This document shows positions 58,847 through 64,000 of a DNA stretch of 64,000 nt, piece by piece (position 1 is the stretch's first letter; every line of letters starts with the position of its first letter). The DNA comes from an uncultured Clostridia bacterium. Lineage in GTDB: Bacteria; Acidobacteriota; Blastocatellia; UBA7656. The position numbers were made by a program, and so were the translations under genes. The notes beneath the pieces were generated by a model that had not been told where the DNA came from, searched no databases, and saw nothing but the letters and a program-made list of their open reading frames with translations. The stretch spans positions 259,043-323,042 of the forward strand of contig CAZTUB010000007.1 in assembly GCA_964615905.1 (NCBI GenBank), written 5' to 3'.

Positions 58847-60621
58847 CAGTAACCTATCGAAACCCCGCCGAGTCGCGGGTCGGATGCGCCGAGCCTCATC
58901 CCTGTATCCGGCTCAATCATTATGCCTTCCGCGTCGCCCATGTATCCAGGCTTGTCCGCAAATGAGTGACCGCGCGATTCCAGGGCGCGGCGCGTGTCGT
59001 CGTTTAGCCCGAAAGGCTCCCACCTGATACTGTCGGGCATCCACTGGTGATGCACGCGGGGCGCGTCTATGGCCTGTTGTATATTCATACCGTAGTCGAG
59101 AATATTGATGATGACCTGAAGCACGGTGTTGATTATGGTCGGCCCGCCGGGGCTGCCTACGGCAAAATAAACTTTGCCGTCTTTGAGAACGATGGTCGGC
59201 GTCATGGCCGAAAGCGGGCGTTTGCGAGGCGCAATCGAGTTGTTCTCGCTTTGCAGCAGCCCATACATATTCGGCTCGCCCGGCTTGGATGTGAAGTCGT
59301 CCATCTCGTTGTTGAGCAAGATGCCAGTGCCCGGTGTGGTGACTCCCGAACCGTAGCTGTTGTTAAGCGTGTATGTGTTCGAGACCACGTTGCCTTCCGA
59401 ATCGACCACCGTGAAATGCGTAGTCTCAGGCGATTCATAACCGACAGGCGAGCCCGCGCGAACTTCGCCGCTCGGTGTGGCCCGGTCGAATTTGATCGTC
59501 TTCGCTATCTCTGCCGCGTAGTCTTTCGAGATCAACCCCTCTACCGGAACCTTTACAAAATCGGCGTCGCCCAGGTAGGTCGCGCGGTCGGCGAAAGCTC
59601 GCCTCATAACCTCTGTCAGCAGATGAATCTCGTCGGAGGAATTATGGCCAAGCTCGCCGACGTTATACCGTTCAAGCATGTTCAGCATTTCAATAAGGGC
59701 GGTCCCGCCCGAAGATGGGGGCGGCATGGTCAATATCTCGTAGCCGCGATATGCGCCCTTGAGCGGCTGGCGAATGGTCGGCTCGTACTGCTTGAGGTCT
59801 TCTGCGGTTATCAGCCCGCCGTTTGCCTTCATGTCTTCTACTATGAGCCGCGCCGTCTCTCCTTCATAAAATTCGCGCGGGCCTTTCTCTTTCAAACGCG
59901 TGAGCGTTGCCGCAAGCTCAGGCTGGATGAACTGCTCGCCCTCCTTGAACTGATTACCGTCGCGCAGGTATATGCGCTTGCTTTCGGGGAACTTTGAGAG
60001 CAGGCCAGCGCTCTTTTCGATGCTGAGAGCGGTCGCGTAATTGACCACAAACCCTTCCGCTGCAAGCCGCCGCGCCGGCTCGACCGTGTCGGCCCATTTA
60101 AGCTTGCCGTGTCGCTCAAGGGCGAGGGCAAATCCAGCCACAGACCCCGGCACGCCCACGGCCCTGTAGCCTACTGTCGAAGCGTGGTCGATCACGTTGC
60201 CCTGCGGGTCCAGGTACATATCACGAGTTGCGGCAAGCGGCGCGCGCTCGCGGTAATCGATAATCTCTGTCCGCCCGTCGGCGCGGCGTATCATCATAAA
60301 CCCGCCGCCGCCGATGTTGCCCGCAGACGGCCAGGTGACGGTCAACGCCAACCCGACTGCTACTGCCGCATCAATGGCGTTGCCGCCGCGTTGCATCACT
60401 TCGACGCCGACGCGCGAAGCTATGTCGTTTACGGTAGCGACCATTCCGTTTCGCGCCCTTACAGGCTGGCTGGCGAGATAGCCAAGCGCGGGCGTGGCGG
60501 ACACGGGCTGGGCGGTCTGCTTTATTGCCGACTGCTGTGTCGGCGTGGGCTGCGGCTTCTGACAGGCCAGAAGAGCCGCCGTCAAGATGGCGATTAAAGT
60601 CAGCGTGAGTTTCTTTGACAA
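58846..60621 (-). CDS. ggt: Gamma-glutamyltransferase (lipoprotein)
   Basis: Autoprocessing/nucleophile region TTHFTVVDSEGNVVS; GGT small-subunit blocks; lipobox LLAC. The proposed TTG start at 60621 has a GGAGG RBS, so the track ORF is over-extended. Its stop overlaps the tyrS start. Confidence 0.85.
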
Positions 60622-60662
60622 AATTTTTTGCGCCTCCAATCGCGTAGAGAGCTTGCGACGGT

Positions 60663-61505
60663 TCAAGTGTAAAGAGTCAAGTACCAGGCGATCAACGGCT
60701 GCCCGATAAAGAGAGAGATTATCGACGCCGGGCCCAGGAAGACGCCGAACGGTATCTCTGTTTTCATGCTGCCGCTGCGGAGCCAGATCAGCGCGACGCC
60801 GATCAGCGAGCCTAGAAGTGATGCGACAAAGATTGTGAGCAGGCTCAACTGCCAGCCGAGAAATGCGCCGACCATCAGCATCATCTTTACGTCGCCAAGC
60901 CCCATCCCTTCGACGTGGCGGACCCTGAAATAAAACTCTCTCACAAGCCACAGGCTACCGCCCCCCACGAGCGCGCCGATCAACGAGCCAACCAGCGCCA
61001 CTGCCCATGCGGGCCAGCTTTCAAGACCCCACGTCGCGCGTGTAGCCTCGGTTACCACCGGGTCGGGGGCAATCGCGCGAAGAATTGTGAGAACGACCAG
61101 GCCGGGATATGTGATCTTGTTGGGCAGCAGCTTGTGGCGCAGGTCGATAAAGACCAGCGGCACGATAAGCGAGACGAATACAAGATCAGCGACAAGCCGG
61201 GTTGTAAGCCCGTCCCTCAAAAAGATTAGGAAGTAAAGTATCCCGACCAGTAGTTCTACGGCAGGGTAGACTACCGAGATCTTGACCTTGCAGGCGCGAC
61301 ATCGACCGCCGAGCGCGAGGTAGCTGAGCACAGGAAAGTTATCGTAAGGCTTAACGGGCGCGTTGCACGAAGGGCAGTGGGAGCCGGGGAAAGCGAGTGA
61401 TTCGCCAAGCGGCAGCCTGTAGATGACCACGTTCAAAAAACTTCCGATAATGAGACCGAACAAAAAGACCGATACTCCGATGAAGTAGGTCGGGAGATTT
61501 TCCAT
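60663..61505 (-). CDS. pilD: Prepilin peptidase (peptidase A24, PilD-type)
   Basis: N-terminal CPSC...CRAC zinc-binding tetrad; two catalytic Asp regions within multiple TM helices. Confidence 0.85.
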   Translation of the reverse strand: MENLPTYFIGVSVFLFGLIIGSFLNVVIYRLPLGESLAFPGSHCPSCNAPVKPYDNFPVLSYLALGGRCRACKVKISVVYPAVELLVGILYFLIFLRDGLTTRLVADLVFVSLIVPLVFIDLRHKLLPNKITYPGLVVLTILRAIAPDPVVTEATRATWGLESWPAWAVALVGSLIGALVGGGSLWLVREFYFRVRHVEGMGLGDVKMMLMVGAFLGWQLSLLTIFVASLLGSLIGVALIWLRSGSMKTEIPFGVFLGPASIISLFIGQPLIAWYLTLYT

Positions 61506-61633
61506 TATAACCTTTCCTGGCAGCGTGCGGATTGGTCGGGGGCAAATATGCTCTTGATCGCCTCGTACATTCGATTGCCAGCCGCGATCATTTGGATTAA
61601 ATTAGCGCGGCGCGTTATTGTCAAGCTTAGCTT

Positions 61634-62755
61634 ATGAAGATCCTGCAAATCTGTTCGGCGTCAGAGATGGGAGGCGGAGAGGTCCACGTTGCCGACCTTG
61701 TTTACGCGCTCGCGAGCCGTGGCCACGCAATCTATCTCGCGGTCAGACCGCAAAGCCCTCTGCGCGCGCCGCTCGCCGGGGTAATCGCCAGCTGGCACGA
61801 GATGCCGTTAAGAAACTCGCTCGACCTGCAATCTGTCAAATCAATCGCAAACCTGATAAACCAGCACGGCATAGAGATCGTCCACGCGCACGTAGGGAGA
61901 GATTACCTTGTCGCCGCTATGGCCACACGCAAAGCCCCGCGCGCAAAGCTTGTGATAACAAGGCATCATTACCTGCCGCTGAAGAAAAACCCGCTTTACA
62001 GGTGGATGCTCGAAGACGTATCGGCAGTAATCGCCGTTTCGGATTCGGTCCGTGATTCAATCTTGGAACGGGTCGGCCTTGAGCCCGAACGAGTTCACAC
62101 GATCCCAAACTGGATAGACCCGGCGCGGTTTCAACCCGTCGACCGGGACGCGGCCCGCGCTATGTTTCAGCTGCGGTCGAATCTGACTGTTGCTTGCATT
62201 GGCCAAATTGTCGCTGCGAAGGGGCAGGAAGAGTTCATCCGCGCCGCCAGTCGCGTGGCGCAAATGAGATCGGACGTGACGTTTCTCGTCGTCGGGGAAG
62301 AGAAGGAAGAAGGCCACCCCTTCACTCAGGAGTTAAAGGCGCTGACGGATAAGCTGGGACTCCGCGACCGTGTGAAATTCATCGGTTTCGTCAACGACAT
62401 CCCGACCCTGCTCGCGGCGGTCGATGTGGTGGTCGTCCCGTCCTGGAACGAAGGGTTTTCGCTTGTGACAATCGAAGCCCTCGCCTCCCGCAAACCCGTG
62501 CTTGCATCAAACACAGGCGGCATCACGGGGATCATCAAAGAAGGTGTTACGGGTCTGCTCTTCACGCCAAGAGACGTGAAGGGGCTGGCCGATAAGATGA
62601 CCTGGATGCTTTCCGACGCGCCGCTCCGCGAACGGCTTGCCGTGCAGGGGCAGAAGGATGTTTACGTACGCTTTGGCCGCGATCAGATCATCGACCGCAT
62701 CGAAGCGCTTTATCTCGACCTGCTAGGCCGCCGCAAAGCAGAAGGGTTCCGCTAA
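61634..62755 (+). CDS. Glycosyltransferase family 4
   Basis: GT-B fold; C-terminal EGFSLVTIEALASRKPVLASNTGG..GVTGLLF motif. Confidence 0.85.
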   Translation: MKILQICSASEMGGGEVHVADLVYALASRGHAIYLAVRPQSPLRAPLAGVIASWHEMPLRNSLDLQSVKSIANLINQHGIEIVHAHVGRDYLVAAMATRKAPRAKLVITRHHYLPLKKNPLYRWMLEDVSAVIAVSDSVRDSILERVGLEPERVHTIPNWIDPARFQPVDRDAARAMFQLRSNLTVACIGQIVAAKGQEEFIRAASRVAQMRSDVTFLVVGEEKEEGHPFTQELKALTDKLGLRDRVKFIGFVNDIPTLLAAVDVVVVPSWNEGFSLVTIEALASRKPVLASNTGGITGIIKEGVTGLLFTPRDVKGLADKMTWMLSDAPLRERLAVQGQKDVYVRFGRDQIIDRIEALYLDLLGRRKAEGFR

Positions 62756-62762
62756 GCCCCGC

Positions 62763-63536
62763 CTAATTTTCGGGCTTTGCGTCAATCTCACTTTCGCGTT
62801 CCATCTCCCACAGCTTCAAGTTCTTCAAAAAGACGTAGTGAGCGGCAAAGGCTGAGATAGCCAGTCCCTGCGTGCCGTCTAAAAAGCCTCGTTTGAGGAT
62901 GTAAGACCGTAAAAAAGCGGCGACCGGCGAGAGCAGGATAGATAAAGCGCTTGCTCGCTTCCCCCGCGCGAAACGCTCTCGCGCCGCAAGCGTCGTGTAG
63001 CGGTCAATTCTCAAGTGATGATCGGAAGAGTTGCGAACAGTGTAGTGAAGTATCTCGCCCGCGAGCCTGTCAATGCGTCCGCTCACCTGAACCGATTCGT
63101 GGACATATTCGCCGCGCCATCCACCCGCGTTTCGGTTGTAGAGTCGGAGCTTGTAGTCGGGATACCAGCCCGCATGTTTTATCCAGCGACCCAGGTAGTA
63201 TGTAAGCCGGGGGATTTCAAACCCGCTCGCGGAGATATCGGTCTTCACTTTCAACTGCTCGATCTCAAGCGCGAGCCGGTCTGAAACTCGCTCGTCCGCG
63301 TCGAGGTTGAATACCCAATCGTTCGATGCCTGCTCTGCCGCGAAGCTCTTCTGAGCGGAGTAGCCCGGCCAGGGTCTTACAAATACTCTGTCCGTGAACC
63401 GGCGCGCGATCTCGACTGTCCTGTCTGTGCTTTCAGAATCGACGACGATTATCTCATCAGCCCACTTGAGAGATTCAAGCGCGGCGGCGATGTTCGCTTC
63501 TTCGTTAAAAGTGATTACGGTCGCGCTTATCTTCAT
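62763..63536 (-). CDS. Glycosyltransferase family 2
   Basis: N-terminal ISATVITFNEE...VVDSESTDRT and DADE motif. Confidence 0.85.
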   Translation of the reverse strand: MKISATVITFNEEANIAAALESLKWADEIIVVDSESTDRTVEIARRFTDRVFVRPWPGYSAQKSFAAEQASNDWVFNLDADERVSDRLALEIEQLKVKTDISASGFEIPRLTYYLGRWIKHAGWYPDYKLRLYNRNAGGWRGEYVHESVQVSGRIDRLAGEILHYTVRNSSDHHLRIDRYTTLAARERFARGKRASALSILLSPVAAFLRSYILKRGFLDGTQGLAISAFAAHYVFLKNLKLWEMERESEIDAKPEN

Positions 63537-63553
63537 CGGTTCGAGCCGTGGGA

Positions 63554-64000
63554 TTACATAAGTCTTGCGCGGAGTTTTCTCAGGACCCCGAGAGCTTCCT
63601 CCGGTGAAAGGTTGTCCGCGTCGAGCAGGCGAAGCTCTTCGATCACCACATCATTTACGGCTTGAAAGAGCGTAGGCTGAGGCTGTCCCTTTCGTGAAGG
63701 CATATGACGCGCGAGCTTTGGCCTGCCCGTCACGTCAAGCTCGTTCGCCTCCAGGTTCGATAAAATCTCTCTGGCGCGCTCGATTACTGCCTTTGGCAAC
63801 CCCGCGAGCCGCGCTACCTCGATGCCGTACGATTTTGAGGTGCTGCCCTCGACCACGCGCCTCAAGAATACGATTGCGCCGCCGGTATCTTTGACCGCCA
63901 TCTGGTAGTTGCGTACGCCCGGCAGAAGCTTCGCAAGCTCAGTCATCTCGTGGTAGTGCGTTGCAAAAAGCGTCTTCGCCGCGTGCTGCGGGTTGTCGTG
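63554..64000 (-). CDS. mutS: DNA mismatch repair protein MutS, C-terminal part only; the N-terminus lies beyond the right edge
   Basis: The minus-strand frame stays open to 64000; it carries the MutS ATPase/C-terminal motifs [11 protein letters not shown] and [17 protein letters not shown]. Confidence 0.85.
   Translation of the reverse strand, partial: HDNPQHAAKTLFATHYHEMTELAKLLPGVRNYQMAVKDTGGAIVFLRRVVEGSTSKSYGIEVARLAGLPKAVIERAREILSNLEANELDVTGRPKLARHMPSRKGQPQPTLFQAVNDVVIEELRLLDADNLSPEEALGVLRKLRARLM

Overview
High-GC (~60%) bacterial chromosomal window, probably from an Acidobacteriota genome; the lineage guess is an inference from two tandem secreted VWA proteins resembling the 'VWFA-related Acidobacterial domain' family. 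Most of the window is dense housekeeping coding sequence. The main genes are a fused E1 alpha/beta 2-oxoacid dehydrogenase, PBP4, a class-V aminotransferase, thiolase, 3-hydroxybutyryl-CoA dehydrogenase, a rhomboid protease, Ctp protease, two AI-2E transporters, an ATP-dependent DNA ligase, UDG family 4, DprA, TopA, PBP1A, TyrS, GGT, PilD, two glycosyltransferases and a partial MutS. The most unusual features are: (1) a radical-SAM activating enzyme (AmmeMemoRadiSam/PflA-like) interrupted by a 445-aa LAGLIDADG intein inserted exactly at the third Cys of its CxxxCxxC motif; (2) a ChlI–ChlD–CobN-type chelatase operon in which the CobN/BchH-like large subunit is split into two ORFs encoded in swapped order (C-terminal half first); (3) a partial >1200-aa uncharacterised ORF at the left edge, co-transcribed with an EEP-fold (DNase I-like) protein that carries a long Pro/Gly/Ala-rich insert, next to a tRNA-Ala(CGC) and an orphan tRNA-like T-arm/acceptor fragment that has its own terminator; (4) tandem divergent thymidylate-kinase-like genes, tandem MacB/FtsX-type permeases, tandem Acidobacterial VWA paralogs and a putative small two-gene (TA-like) module. 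No CRISPR array, integrase or transposase was seen. The ORF track omits the long left-edge ORF because it has no in-window stop, and it uses GTG/TTG starts, so several listed starts are over-extended.
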